A DNA stretch of 64,000 nt from Candidatus Bathyarchaeota archaeon (GCA_018396535.1 JAGTQC010000002.1:71152-135151); one strand, 5' to 3'. Positions 10,307 through 20,613 are shown, counted from the stretch's first letter. Notes: a model not told the origin generated them from the sequence alone. Program-made: numbers and translations.

Positions 10307-10856
10307 AGGTATGAAGTCTAGAAAGGATATAGACGAAAGGGCTAGGAGGGCTCTGCAACTAATACTACTACAAAGGCATAGGAAACCTGGTGTAAAAGGG
10401 TGGGAGCTTAGACGCTCCCTAGGTAAGAATTATCTCAGCATACTAGAATACTTGAATGATAAGCTCGACTCCTATGGTTTATGCGTTAAGATGGTGTATG
10501 AGGGAGAGGAGACAAATCCAGATCAAGCTAGGTTCATAGTAACTGTTAAAGATGATATCAAGATGAGTGAAGCCATATCTGCGGGTTGGCGTATAGATGA
10601 GCTTGCTATACTCGCAGCTTCGGTAGCGTATATAGCTTCGAGACAGGGATCTGTAAGCTCTAGGGAATTGATACATCTACTCGAAGCTAAATTCCCTAGA
10701 TGGTTTGTAGAAGCTACTTTGAGGAGGCTTATAAGATCAGGCTACCTAGAGCAGGATCGTGATACTATAATGATTGGGTGGAGGAGTAAAGCTGAGATTG
10801 ATATAAGTAAACTTTTAGAACTCTTAGTTAGGATGGATTTTGAAGGTATAGGTTAA
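10296..10856 (+). CDS. Kite-like (ScpB-like) protein with tandem winged-helix domains
   Basis: 186 aa with two consecutive wHTH-like segments of about 75 aa each: 'RALQLILLQRHRKPGVKGWELRRSL...' and 'ELAILAASVAYIASRQGSVSSRELIHLLEA...RRLIRSGYLEQD'. This matches the ScpB/kite architecture. Confidence 0.4.
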   Translation: MVDRGMKSRKDIDERARRALQLILLQRHRKPGVKGWELRRSLGKNYLSILEYLNDKLDSYGLCVKMVYEGEETNPDQARFIVTVKDDIKMSEAISAGWRIDELAILAASVAYIASRQGSVSSRELIHLLEAKFPRWFVEATLRRLIRSGYLEQDRDTIMIGWRSKAEIDISKLLELLVRMDFEGIG

Positions 10857-10890
10857 GTTAAATAAGACATACGTATATGCTAGTATAGGT

Positions 10891-13800
10891 TTGAAGAGGC
10901 TATCTACTTTTACTACGATACTTACACTTTTATTACTATTATTTACGCATATACTTGAACCTATACCTATGCATGGATATGATAAGATAGTTCCTCCACC
11001 TATACTTGATTATATCTCCAACCGTATGGAAGATTATAGATATCGCGATAGTAATGTAACGATAATAGAGTTAACCGATAGCACCGGCCTCATGGATCTC
11101 TATTCATCTGGTCTTAGAATTAGGTATGTTTCAAAAACTATGCCGGTAGTCTTTGTCGAAGGTTCGAGTGATGAATTAATGAGTATTATAGGAAGTAGAT
11201 ACGTTAAGTCTATATGGCCTGACAGAATAGTGAAGCTTACAGACATAGATATACTAGGCTGTAGATTTTCTCTATCAGGCTATAGAGTAATGCCTCTCAA
11301 TGAGACGACGATTATGGTGAACGCTAATCTTTTATGGAGTATGGGTTATACTGGCAAGGGTGTACGTATAGCTATAATCGATACAGGCGTAAATAGTAGT
11401 CATCCAGACCTCTACTTTCCGAATGGCACAAGTAAGATAGTAGAGTCTATTTCTTTCGTTGGAGAAGATGTGGAGGATAGGCATGGGCATGGAACAGCTA
11501 TGGCGGGGATAGCTGCTGGTTCAGGGCTAGCATCTGATGGTAGGTTTAAAGGTGTTGCTCCAGATGCTCTAATCATAAACGTTAAAGCATTCAAGACTGA
11601 GGGGTTGGAGGCATACTCGACTATAGAAATCCTATTTAAGGCTTTGGAGTATATTGAAACTGTTAAACCAGATGTGATATGTGCTGCATGGGGTATATAC
11701 CCTCCTATACCAGAGGATCACCCGTTTAATAGACTTATAAGAAGACTTGTAGACTTAGGAACAGTATTCGTAGCTGCAGCAGGTAATCTAGGTTACCAAT
11801 GGACGGTAGTATCGCCTTCATCCACCCCATCTGTAATATCTGTAGGAGCTGCTACAAGGAGTGGGGTAGCGTTTTTCTCTTCTAGAGGACCTGATCCATA
11901 TAGTTTGAGAGCTACACCTTTAGTAGTAGCTCCAGGTGTTAGGATAATAGCTCCAGGTAGCGGAGTATTATACGATAAATTCAGGTATGACGGATATGAG
12001 GGTTATATAGAGATATCTGGTACATCACCAGCTACAGCTCACGTAGCAGGTGTTGTAGCTTTGATTCTATCAGCTAAACCTTGGCTTACACCTCAAGCTA
12101 TACTTGCTGGTTTAGTTGCTTCAGCTAAACCTTTCAAAGATGTAGATTACACGGAGCAGGGAGCAGGCTTAGTAGATGCGTATAGTTGTCTCAAAGCGCT
12201 CGAGGAAGATTTACAACCGTTCGAGGTTAGAGTACCTGTAGAGTATACTAGCGGGCTTAGATCTATAACGCTAGATCGTAGAGGGGGAACTCCTATACTC
12301 GGTTCACACTACTATAAAACCTATGGAAACTACACTATGATAGGTAACGGCTTATTCCACTTGATACTTTCTGAGAAGGCTATGCTTACATGGCTATTCT
12401 ACAGTAAGGCTAGGGTATTGGAGGGTTTATCCATATCGATCCTACCGATCGATTCTGATAGATGGATAACATATGAGTCTATGAATACTACTACAGGTTT
12501 TAAACTAACTAGTTTTTCAGATAGATTGTGGAGCGGGTATGCGGATCTCGAGTATAAGGGGATAAGGATTCGTATAGAAGTAGCAATACCACTTGACCAA
12601 CCATACATAGAGTTTAAGTTTTTAAAGACGAGTGGGGATGTAGAACTTTTAAACGTTACTCTAGCTCCTTCCATTATGCTAGGCTTCATAGAGGCTGCTT
12701 ACCTAGGTGGGCTTGAAGGTATTATCGTATGGAGTAGGGATACATTTATAGGATTAGCTTCTACTGATAAACCTTACAGTCATCTTCTAGGTAAATCTAG
12801 AGATGCTTATGCGGTTAACTCTGAAAACGTGACTTTGACGTTCAAATATAGTGGAACATCTATCAAGGTCTATGTAGCTATATGCGATTCTTATAGGGAG
12901 GTAGCATCTACGCTTTCGATACTTACGGGTAGGGATGTAGCTGAAGCTTTCCTAAAGCCTATCGAAGTTATAAGGATATTACCTCCTGAAACATCCAGCG
13001 TTTTCAGAATACTCGTTAGGAATCTTGGGTCTAGTAGAGATGTGAGAATCTCTATAAGGGTTGTAGGTCTACCTAATAGTAGTACCTATGAGTATAATAT
13101 GTGTTACGATATACATCTAGATAGCTATACGGATAATCGTTACGAATTCCGTCTACCGAAGCTATCTATGGGGTTATACAGAGTTTACGTTGAGTTAGAG
13201 AATCTACCATGCGAGATCCATAGATCGTATGATAGACTAGTATTCGATCTATATGTAGGCTTATACCCTAGGATAGTAGTGTCTCTACCTTATATGATAG
13301 ATGGTATCGAAAAGCCGTTCATACTCATGTATCCCGGGGATGTTGATTATCTAAACGTAACTTTGATATCTTCAACTCCTATATCTTGGGTTAACGCTTA
13401 CATTGTAGGGAATGCGTCACTAATACTCAGAGTATACTCGACTAAAAATGTAGGTTTCCAAGTTTATACTTCCATATATGGTTACATACCAGATGGTTTA
13501 GAACCTACGATGTATAGTGGAAGCTTGGTATTTGAGAGTTATGGAAGTGTTATAGCCTCTGTACCTGTAAATATAAGTGTATGTGAACCTATAGCCACAG
13601 TTCTATGGCATGATAGACTAGATTTCATACCTGGTAGGAACGATTTATACCTATGGTATACGGAGTTATGGAGGACTTCAGCTCTTAGGGGTATAAGGAT
13701 TGTTCCTGCTAGCCTACATATAGCACAGCCTAAGAGAATCGATTTACTTATACTCCCAGACCCATACTACGGATACCAGGATATACGTTCAGTACTAGAC

Positions 13801-14736
13801 TACTTCTTAGAACGCGACGGTTCTGCAGTTATACTCGTAGGTCCAGCTATATTTGCTCTGAAGTATGGCTATAGGATGATACTTGAGGAGTATGGGTTGA
13901 AAGCTGTTAAGGAGCCATATTTTAGGTGGAGTAATTCGTCTACTAAACTTGATCTATATGGTTTTGAAGAATTAGCTTCTTTGAATTTAACGGTAGTATA
14001 TGGTGTATTTTTCGATGTATCTACGACTACTATAAGGGGGGCTGTACAGGTTATGTTTAGAGCTCTAGAGGTTGGCCCATATGGATTCCTTAATGTATCG
14101 AGTAGCTTCTATTCATCGTTCATCTGTAGGAGTCTACCAGATGGTAGAGTAAAATTATTCGTGTATTCTAGCGTCTATAGCTTCGATGATCTATGGTGTA
14201 GACTAGGCTATGAGGTTAAATGGGATATAGAGGAGGGGAGGCTTATAGGCTATGTAGAGCCTATCGAGAATGTTACTGCTAGGAATATAGATCTCCTAAC
14301 CATTATAGCGTCTAGGTTATCGAATAAACCTCCAAGGATTTTATCAATTAACGTTCTAGATAGTAGGGTGGAACAAATGTTTGAATCCTATACGCTAGTA
14401 GTAGCTGCTAGGGATGAAGAGGGTGATGCTGGTAAGCTTAATGTTACAGCTAGAATAGAGAAGCCTAACGGTGTTACCGTCCATATAGGTGGATCCTATC
14501 TTAAAGATGGGATATACATCCTATACTATACACCTGGTATGAATGACCCAGTAGGGGAATATAATGTTGTAGTTAGGGTTGAGGATATGCTTTATGCCTA
14601 TAGCGAGAGATACTTAAAGTTTGAGGTTATACCACCTATTCGAAGTATACTGATGATTATTATTCTAGTAGGGTTACCATTCGCTATCATAGGCTATATA
14701 CTCGGTAGAAGGGTTAGGTTGAGGATTCGCGAGTAG
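10891..14736 (+). CDS. Very large cell-surface subtilisin-like serine protease (peptidase S8) with N-terminal signal peptide and C-terminal TM anchor
   Basis: Signal-like N-terminus 'LSTFTTILTLLLLLF'. S8 catalytic triad motifs: 'GVRIAIIDTGV' (Asp), 'HGHGTAMAGIAAG' (His) and 'ISGTSPATAHVAGVVAL' (Ser). About 900 aa of beta-rich extension follow, then a C-terminal 'ILMIIILVGLPFAIIGYILGRRVR' anchor. Confidence 0.8.
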   Translation: MKRLSTFTTILTLLLLLFTHILEPIPMHGYDKIVPPPILDYISNRMEDYRYRDSNVTIIELTDSTGLMDLYSSGLRIRYVSKTMPVVFVEGSSDELMSIIGSRYVKSIWPDRIVKLTDIDILGCRFSLSGYRVMPLNETTIMVNANLLWSMGYTGKGVRIAIIDTGVNSSHPDLYFPNGTSKIVESISFVGEDVEDRHGHGTAMAGIAAGSGLASDGRFKGVAPDALIINVKAFKTEGLEAYSTIEILFKALEYIETVKPDVICAAWGIYPPIPEDHPFNRLIRRLVDLGTVFVAAAGNLGYQWTVVSPSSTPSVISVGAATRSGVAFFSSRGPDPYSLRATPLVVAPGVRIIAPGSGVLYDKFRYDGYEGYIEISGTSPATAHVAGVVALILSAKPWLTPQAILAGLVASAKPFKDVDYTEQGAGLVDAYSCLKALEEDLQPFEVRVPVEYTSGLRSITLDRRGGTPILGSHYYKTYGNYTMIGNGLFHLILSEKAMLTWLFYSKARVLEGLSISILPIDSDRWITYESMNTTTGFKLTSFSDRLWSGYADLEYKGIRIRIEVAIPLDQPYIEFKFLKTSGDVELLNVTLAPSIMLGFIEAAYLGGLEGIIVWSRDTFIGLASTDKPYSHLLGKSRDAYAVNSENVTLTFKYSGTSIKVYVAICDSYREVASTLSILTGRDVAEAFLKPIEVIRILPPETSSVFRILVRNLGSSRDVRISIRVVGLPNSSTYEYNMCYDIHLDSYTDNRYEFRLPKLSMGLYRVYVELENLPCEIHRSYDRLVFDLYVGLYPRIVVSLPYMIDGIEKPFILMYPGDVDYLNVTLISSTPISWVNAYIVGNASLILRVYSTKNVGFQVYTSIYGYIPDGLEPTMYSGSLVFESYGSVIASVPVNISVCEPIATVLWHDRLDFIPGRNDLYLWYTELWRTSALRGIRIVPASLHIAQPKRIDLLILPDPYYGYQDIRSVLDYFLERDGSAVILVGPAIFALKYGYRMILEEYGLKAVKEPYFRWSNSSTKLDLYGFEELASLNLTVVYGVFFDVSTTTIRGAVQVMFRALEVGPYGFLNVSSSFYSSFICRSLPDGRVKLFVYSSVYSFDDLWCRLGYEVKWDIEEGRLIGYVEPIENVTARNIDLLTIIASRLSNKPPRILSINVLDSRVEQMFESYTLVVAARDEEGDAGKLNVTARIEKPNGVTVHIGGSYLKDGIYILYYTPGMNDPVGEYNVVVRVEDMLYAYSERYLKFEVIPPIRSILMIIILVGLPFAIIGYILGRRVRLRIRE

Positions 14737-15064
14737 CTAATACTTTAGCTATCTCCTGAAATAGCTTCATTGAGGACATATCTACTACAGGTATCTGACC
14801 TCCTCTAGCTATAGACTTGAATCTCTCATACTTTGGGCATTTAGTGAAGCAAAGCTGGCTTATGATAAACTCACCTGTCTCTATTTCATGCTCAAATGAT
14901 TTTTCAGGTACCTCCATGCATATCAGATACCCGCTTACCCAGAAGAGCTTGGATACCTCCATAGTGGATGAACACCATATAAGCTCATCTTCACTCTTCC
15001 TATAATCTAGCCCTAAAATCTTAACCTTCCTACTTATAGCTAACTCTACATCCATCTCAATCAT
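14714..15064 (-). CDS. Hypothetical protein
   Basis: 116-aa ORF convergent with the protease gene, overlapping its 3' end by 23 nt. No motif recognised. Confidence 0.3.
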   Translation of the reverse strand: MIEMDVELAISRKVKILGLDYRKSEDELIWCSSTMEVSKLFWVSGYLICMEVPEKSFEHEIETGEFIISQLCFTKCPKYERFKSIARGGQIPVVDMSSMKLFQEIAKVLATRESST

Positions 15065-15078
15065 CCTCCGAGATAAAT

Positions 15079-15453
15079 TTAGTCTTTCAAATGGAAGCCT
15101 AAAGCTTTAGCTACCTTCTTAACTCCTTCGAAGGTTACCGTACTCACCCCCTTAACGACTTCATCTCTTGTAGGCGTTATCATATAGCCCTTGTAGAGAC
15201 CGGATACATTCCCTATATAAAATACTTGTAGGACGAATAATAGTAGGTTTAACTGACGTGCAGAGAGACTTCTGGAAAGTATCTCGTATTCTTCATCAGA
15301 CATAGCTACTCTACGCATAAAGGATTCCTTTATACCCGTAGGCTCTTCATCCATAGCATCTAGCACATCGTACACGGTTATACCGTATTCTTTGAGTAAA
15401 TCACTTAACGCCTTCTTTAACTGCACATATTCGTAGGTCATCATCCTCCCCAA
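15079..15453 (-). CDS. Hypothetical protein
   Basis: 124-aa ORF with protein-like composition. No recognisable motif. Confidence 0.35.
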   Translation of the reverse strand: MGRMMTYEYVQLKKALSDLLKEYGITVYDVLDAMDEEPTGIKESFMRRVAMSDEEYEILSRSLSARQLNLLLFVLQVFYIGNVSGLYKGYMITPTRDEVVKGVSTVTFEGVKKVAKALGFHLKD

Positions 15454-15539
15454 TCTATGTTAGATTCGGATTAAGGTTATTAAACTATCGCAAATAGAGG
15501 GAGAAAACTTATAAAAGCTATTTCCAGTCTCTAGGATAC

Positions 15540-16334
15540 GTGAACCTGGTTGACTATCATACACATACATACCTATGTAGACATGCTGTAGGTGAGCCTA
15601 TAGATTACGTGAAGATGGCTGTTTCTAAAAACCTGACGGAGATAGGTGTATCTGATCATCTGAGCTTCTCCATACCGGAGGATTCCATACCCTTAGATAA
15701 ACTGGAGTTATACGTGAATATGGTTGAGGAGGCTAAACGTCTATATGGTGATAGGATTAGGGTTAGGTTAGGCTTTGAAGTGGAGTACTCATATGATAGC
15801 CTTGATTCCATAGCTAGAATATTGGAATCTATAGATGAGCTAGATTACACCTTACTATCGATCCATAAGATGGATGGATGGATAGTTAATAGTTCCAGAT
15901 CTAGGGATAAATATATGGAGGTCGATCTATATAGACTGTATGAGAAGTACTTTAATCTAGTATGTGAAGCAGCTTCATATAGATTATTCCAGATCGTTGC
16001 TCATATAGATCTACCTAAAATCTTCGGTTTTAAGCCTATTGAGGATATGAAGCCTTTATACGAAGACACCGCTAAGAGGCTTGCTAAAGCTGGTGTATGT
16101 GTGGAAGTTAATACTTCTGGGTTTAGGAAGCCTGTAGCTGAAGTTTACCCTGCTAGAGAGTTTCTAGAGATTTTAAGGAAGTATAATGTACCTATAACTC
16201 TAGGATCGGATGCGCATAGACCTGAGGATGTAGCGTATCGATTCAGAGATGCTATCGATATGATATTGAGTGTGGGATACAAGTCTATATCAGTCTTTGA
16301 GGGGGGAAGGAGGATTGAGATACCTATCTTCTGA
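15540..16334 (+). CDS. PHP-family histidinol-phosphatase-like phosphoesterase
   Basis: N-terminal 'DYHTHT' metal-binding motif, 'GVSDH', and a C-terminal 'GSDAH' motif, all characteristic of the PHP/HisJ family. Confidence 0.75.
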   Translation: MNLVDYHTHTYLCRHAVGEPIDYVKMAVSKNLTEIGVSDHLSFSIPEDSIPLDKLELYVNMVEEAKRLYGDRIRVRLGFEVEYSYDSLDSIARILESIDELDYTLLSIHKMDGWIVNSSRSRDKYMEVDLYRLYEKYFNLVCEAASYRLFQIVAHIDLPKIFGFKPIEDMKPLYEDTAKRLAKAGVCVEVNTSGFRKPVAEVYPAREFLEILRKYNVPITLGSDAHRPEDVAYRFRDAIDMILSVGYKSISVFEGGRRIEIPIF

Positions 16335-16935
16335 ATAGATTAATCCATATCTTCATCCTCTCCATGTACGACCTGAATACGGGATCGTTATAGTATCCTA
16401 TGAGTATCTTCCATGCATCCTCAACACTCCTAGATTCAGCTACTATACGTAGAAGCCTCATACAATCTATGAGAGCATTCCTTCTATGTTTAAGGGGGAG
16501 TTCTAATGCTAAGGGTAGCTCTATATCTACGAGTGAAAGTGTTATCGGCGATATAGAACCTAGTAGTAAGCCTGATTTTAGTTTAAAAAAGCTTGGTACA
16601 CCCTTCTTCTGAAGCCTCATAGGATCTACCAATCTTCTAAGACTACTCTTTGCGTAGCCATGTATCTCTATATAGATCGAGGGTTTAAACCTCTTTATCA
16701 ATCGTATAAGGTTTAACCCGGCTTCGGATCTGTAGAATGATATGTCTAGAGTAGTTCTGTAGTATGCGTCGAACGAAACCCTAGGTACGAATATAAAGCT
16801 GCCTACTATACTCCAGTCTACAGATCTAATCTTAGATTCTATACGTCTAGATACGATCCATTCACGTCCATGGAGGCCTCCTACTGCTAGCTTAACAGGT
16901 AGACCGCCTCCCTTTACAAGTATCTCCTCCATCAT
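16324..16935 (-). CDS. Hypothetical protein (possible zinc-hydrolase-like 'GGLHGREW' motif)
   Basis: 203 aa. Its 'GGLHGRE' loosely resembles the HGxE zinc site of succinylglutamate desuccinylase/M14-like folds. Very tentative. Confidence 0.3.
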   Translation of the reverse strand: MMEEILVKGGGLPVKLAVGGLHGREWIVSRRIESKIRSVDWSIVGSFIFVPRVSFDAYYRTTLDISFYRSEAGLNLIRLIKRFKPSIYIEIHGYAKSSLRRLVDPMRLQKKGVPSFFKLKSGLLLGSISPITLSLVDIELPLALELPLKHRRNALIDCMRLLRIVAESRSVEDAWKILIGYYNDPVFRSYMERMKIWINLFRR

Positions 16936-17049
16936 AGCTTTATGATTATATCCATACGTTAAGCTAAGTTTAACTCTGTATAGAGTAGAAATAATGTTAG
17001 CTTAAGCTTAGATATTGCTAGACTATCTAGCATTTAGGCGGGTTGCTGT

Positions 17050-17715
17050 ATGATGATAGCTGGTTTAGATGAAGCCGGTAGAGGATCGATTATAGGGCCT
17101 CTAGTCCTATGCGGTATATTGATCGATGAAGAGTGTGCAGGGAGTCTTATAGGTATAGGTATCAGAGATTCTAAGCTGCTATCTAGAAAGCGGAGGATTG
17201 AGCTTAGAAATCGTATAATCGAGGTGGTAGCAGACTACTTTATAGTAGAGGTTCCTCCATCAGAAATAGATTCAGCGGTACGAATACATAGATTAAACGA
17301 TCTTGAAGCTAGGTATTTCTCGAGTATTATAGATAGGTTGAAGCCTAGTAAAGCATACATAGATTCCCCTCTACGCAATTATAAGCGATTCTCGGATATG
17401 GTATCCTCATACTGTAAGTGGAGGTGTGAGATAGTAGCTTTATGCCATGCTGATAGAGATATACCGGTTGTATCTGCTGCCTCTATACTAGCTAAGGTTA
17501 GGAGGGATGAGATTATAGATAGCTATAGGAGTATGTATGGGGAGGTGGGTTCAGGGTATCCATCTGATGCTAGAACTATAGAGTTTCTCCGTAGATCTAT
17601 GAGTGAAGCTGAGGCTGCCGGTATAGTACGCAGGAGTTGGCGTACCTATACATCGATTATACACAACAGGGGTAGACAAACAGTGATAGATGCCTATAGA
17701 GATGGTAAAGCTTAA
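17050..17715 (+). CDS. rnhB: Ribonuclease HII
   Basis: 'IAGLDEAGRGSIIGPLVL' active-site motif and 'DSK' motif. Archaeal RNase HII length (221 aa). Confidence 0.9.
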   Translation: MMIAGLDEAGRGSIIGPLVLCGILIDEECAGSLIGIGIRDSKLLSRKRRIELRNRIIEVVADYFIVEVPPSEIDSAVRIHRLNDLEARYFSSIIDRLKPSKAYIDSPLRNYKRFSDMVSSYCKWRCEIVALCHADRDIPVVSAASILAKVRRDEIIDSYRSMYGEVGSGYPSDARTIEFLRRSMSEAEAAGIVRRSWRTYTSIIHNRGRQTVIDAYRDGKA

Positions 17716-17735
17716 TGTAATAGGATAATCGGAGA

Positions 17736-19085
17736 ATGGTTATCAGGTGTTGCATCTTGGAGTTTAAGATAGTAGGTGGATCCATAGTTACTATGAGCGA
17801 GAGAGGTATCATTAGGGATGGATGCGTAATCGTAGAAGATGACAGGATAGTGGATGTAGGATCTAGGAGCATAGCATCCAGGTATCATGGATACGAGGAA
17901 ATAGATGCTGATAAATGCGTAGTTATACCTGGTTTAATCAACTGCCATCACCATATAGCTATGGGTCTTCTAAGAGGTTACGCAGATGATCTAATCCTGA
18001 CGGAGTGGCTTGAGAAATGGGTTTGGCCTTTCGAATCGAAGCTTACAGGCTATGATATATACATAGGCGCATTACTCACATCTACTGAAACCCTGCTATC
18101 AGGCTGTACGACCGTAAATACTATGTACCACTACTCATATGATTATAATGAAGCTAAAGCTTTACTAGATCTAGGTATGAGAGGGGTTGTAGGTCATGTA
18201 TGCTTCTCATGGCGTAGGGAGGATGATTTAAAGCTCATAGAACACTTATACAGGGTTTGGCATGGAAAGGATGGTCGTATAAGAGTTTCCGTGGATCCTC
18301 ATGCATGTTATACCGTAGATCCGAACTACCTAGTCGAATTACATAACCTATGTATAGAGTTTAACAAGAAGAATCCTGAAACTCCAGTTATACTTCATAC
18401 GCATCTTGCAGAAACAGAGGATGAAGCTAATAGGGTTGAGAAGACATTTGGTGTTGAGACTGGTGGAAGCGTAGTAAGGTATATGGATAAACTAGGTGTA
18501 TTAGACAGGTATACTGTAGCCGCGCATTGTGTACATTTATCAAGCGAGGATATATCTATACTAGCTAGACGCAGGGTTAAAGCCGTCCACTGTCCTGTCT
18601 CAAATCTTAAGCTATCCTCAGGTATAGCTCCCATACCCGCTATGTTGAGGGAGGGGGTGCATATAGCTATAGGCACGGATAGTGTATGCTCACATAATCG
18701 TTCAGATATGTTCGAGACTATGAAGTTCGCTGCTCTGATCCATAAAGGTGTCTATAAGGATCCAACCGTTATGCCTGCTTCACTCGTTTTGAAAGCAGCT
18801 ACGGTATCTGGTGCTGAAGCTCTAATGTGGAGGGGGCTCGGCGTTATAGAGGCTGGATATTACGCTGATATAGTAGTTGTAGATTTTCGTAAACCTCACC
18901 TAACCCCTCTATACGATGAATATAGCCATCTAGTCTATGCAGTTAGAGGTTCGGATGTAAAGTATGTGATGGTTAACGGTAGACTTTTAGTAGATAACGG
19001 ATGTATAACTACTATAGATTTGGAGTGGCTTTTAGATGAAGCTATCAAAGCTAGAGATAGAGTGTTGGAGAGACTTCATAGCTAA
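17736..19085 (+). CDS. mtaD: Amidohydrolase, 5-methylthioadenosine/S-adenosylhomocysteine deaminase-like (MtaD/chlorohydrolase family)
   Basis: 'IPGLINCHHHIAMGLLRG' (HxH metal motif), 'HTHLAET', 'AHCVHLS', 'IGTDS'. The true start is possibly TTG at 17757 ('LEFKIVGGSIVTM'). Confidence 0.8.
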   Translation: MVIRCCILEFKIVGGSIVTMSERGIIRDGCVIVEDDRIVDVGSRSIASRYHGYEEIDADKCVVIPGLINCHHHIAMGLLRGYADDLILTEWLEKWVWPFESKLTGYDIYIGALLTSTETLLSGCTTVNTMYHYSYDYNEAKALLDLGMRGVVGHVCFSWRREDDLKLIEHLYRVWHGKDGRIRVSVDPHACYTVDPNYLVELHNLCIEFNKKNPETPVILHTHLAETEDEANRVEKTFGVETGGSVVRYMDKLGVLDRYTVAAHCVHLSSEDISILARRRVKAVHCPVSNLKLSSGIAPIPAMLREGVHIAIGTDSVCSHNRSDMFETMKFAALIHKGVYKDPTVMPASLVLKAATVSGAEALMWRGLGVIEAGYYADIVVVDFRKPHLTPLYDEYSHLVYAVRGSDVKYVMVNGRLLVDNGCITTIDLEWLLDEAIKARDRVLERLHS

Positions 19086-20551
19086 TAGAGTAGCTTAACA
19101 TTATCCTGGAATCCGAATTTCTCTATTATCGAATCCGTTATCGCTGAGACACCTAGATCGTATATCCTACGGAATTCTGAATCCTCGCTATAAAGGTTTA
19201 CTATAGCATCTCTTATATATCTTCTCCCCTTATCATCCCTTATGTTGAGAGCTAGGAATAGGTATGATTTAGCTATCATAGAAAGTGGATCCCTTTCTCT
19301 AATCTTACCATCCCTAACTCCACGCTTATAGTTATCTAGTTTTGCTACAAGCTCATCAGAGTATAGCGGACCCTTATCCTTAACCTCTCTCTCTAGATAG
19401 TCTAAGACGGTATCGAATAACTCATCATATATCTGTCTTCTCCTAGATCCAGGCGGTGAATTATACAGTATCTCTAATAGGAGTTCGTAATATATACCTG
19501 AGATCTTAGTTTTCACTCTTCCACCTGTAGCTAGTCTTAACGTCTCGTATACTCTTGCACCTTTCATAGATGAAGGCGTAAAACCGCTAGTCGAGTGTAT
19601 GGATATAGCCGATCCTAGAGAGTTAGCTATAGCAGCTAGTATAGAGACTCTAGATCTAAGCTCATCTAGATCGCCTTTATAGTCGAGTCTCTTCTCGAAT
19701 CCTATATTAGGTGCTATGAACTCTGCATGCCCTCCTCTTTCCCTCCATTCTCTCAGATAGTAGTATAGATCCTTAGCGGATGTGATAACGGGTGTTTCAT
19801 CGAAAGCTATCTCAAAGCCGAATGGTCTACCATCCATCTTATCAACTATATATGAGTAGATTCTCCACGTAGTCTCTAAGCTATCTATGTACTTTATGGT
19901 AAGCTTTTTCACATCATCTGCGCTAAACTCTATAGTGTAGCATCTACCATCTATCCATGGGAAGATAAACCTTCTACCAGTATACCTATAGATTACTCTA
20001 ATCCTATCGTTATACTCTGGGATAGCCTCCTCAAACCTCCTATCCAGCTCATATCCAGATAGCTTATCTGCAGAGAAGTCTATCAAAGAGCAGGCGTCGA
20101 TGGTGAAAGCGTTTATCTTAGATGTCTCGACAGCTTCATCTATCTCGCTGAAATTATACTTTATAGATGCTTCGATTATATCACCTCTCTTAATAGAAGC
20201 TTTGCTAACACCTATAATTCTGGAAACGGCTTCAACAGCGGTAACCCCTACTATAAGATGGTCAGCTTCTATCTCAGCTACGACACCCTCCCTACCTGCA
20301 TAGTACGATGCCTTCTCTATATACTCTGTTATAGAGGTGCCTGTATGACCTATGGTTATATGGTATAGACCGGGAGCAGATTCTACAACATATCTAGGTG
20401 CTGTCTCCCTTCCAAATGATAGCATGAATCCGGCTGCAACCCTATGCTCTTTAAGAGATTTCAATATTCCAGGTAGAACTATATCTGGTATCCTTATACC
20501 AAAAGCTGGGTGAGGTAGGGAACCTAGATATCTAGGTGTCTCTATCTGCAT
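19082..20551 (-). CDS. GatZ/KbaZ-like (tagatose-6-phosphate kinase / tagatose-bisphosphate aldolase accessory subunit family) protein, tentative
   Basis: 489 aa. Segments 'IEADHLIVG', 'AFTIDACS' and 'IAFDETPV' align by eye with conserved blocks of the GatZ family (DHLGP, HLDCS, GTEVP). Divergent from a BadF-type sugar kinase. Not verified. Confidence 0.35.
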   Translation of the reverse strand: MQIETPRYLGSLPHPAFGIRIPDIVLPGILKSLKEHRVAAGFMLSFGRETAPRYVVESAPGLYHITIGHTGTSITEYIEKASYYAGREGVVAEIEADHLIVGVTAVEAVSRIIGVSKASIKRGDIIEASIKYNFSEIDEAVETSKINAFTIDACSLIDFSADKLSGYELDRRFEEAIPEYNDRIRVIYRYTGRRFIFPWIDGRCYTIEFSADDVKKLTIKYIDSLETTWRIYSYIVDKMDGRPFGFEIAFDETPVITSAKDLYYYLREWRERGGHAEFIAPNIGFEKRLDYKGDLDELRSRVSILAAIANSLGSAISIHSTSGFTPSSMKGARVYETLRLATGGRVKTKISGIYYELLLEILYNSPPGSRRRQIYDELFDTVLDYLEREVKDKGPLYSDELVAKLDNYKRGVRDGKIRERDPLSMIAKSYLFLALNIRDDKGRRYIRDAIVNLYSEDSEFRRIYDLGVSAITDSIIEKFGFQDNVKLLY

Positions 20552-20613
20552 GGAGAGTCATCCTCCTACACAACATACCTAATTAACATTAGATATAAGT
20601 ATTCCCAGCTACG

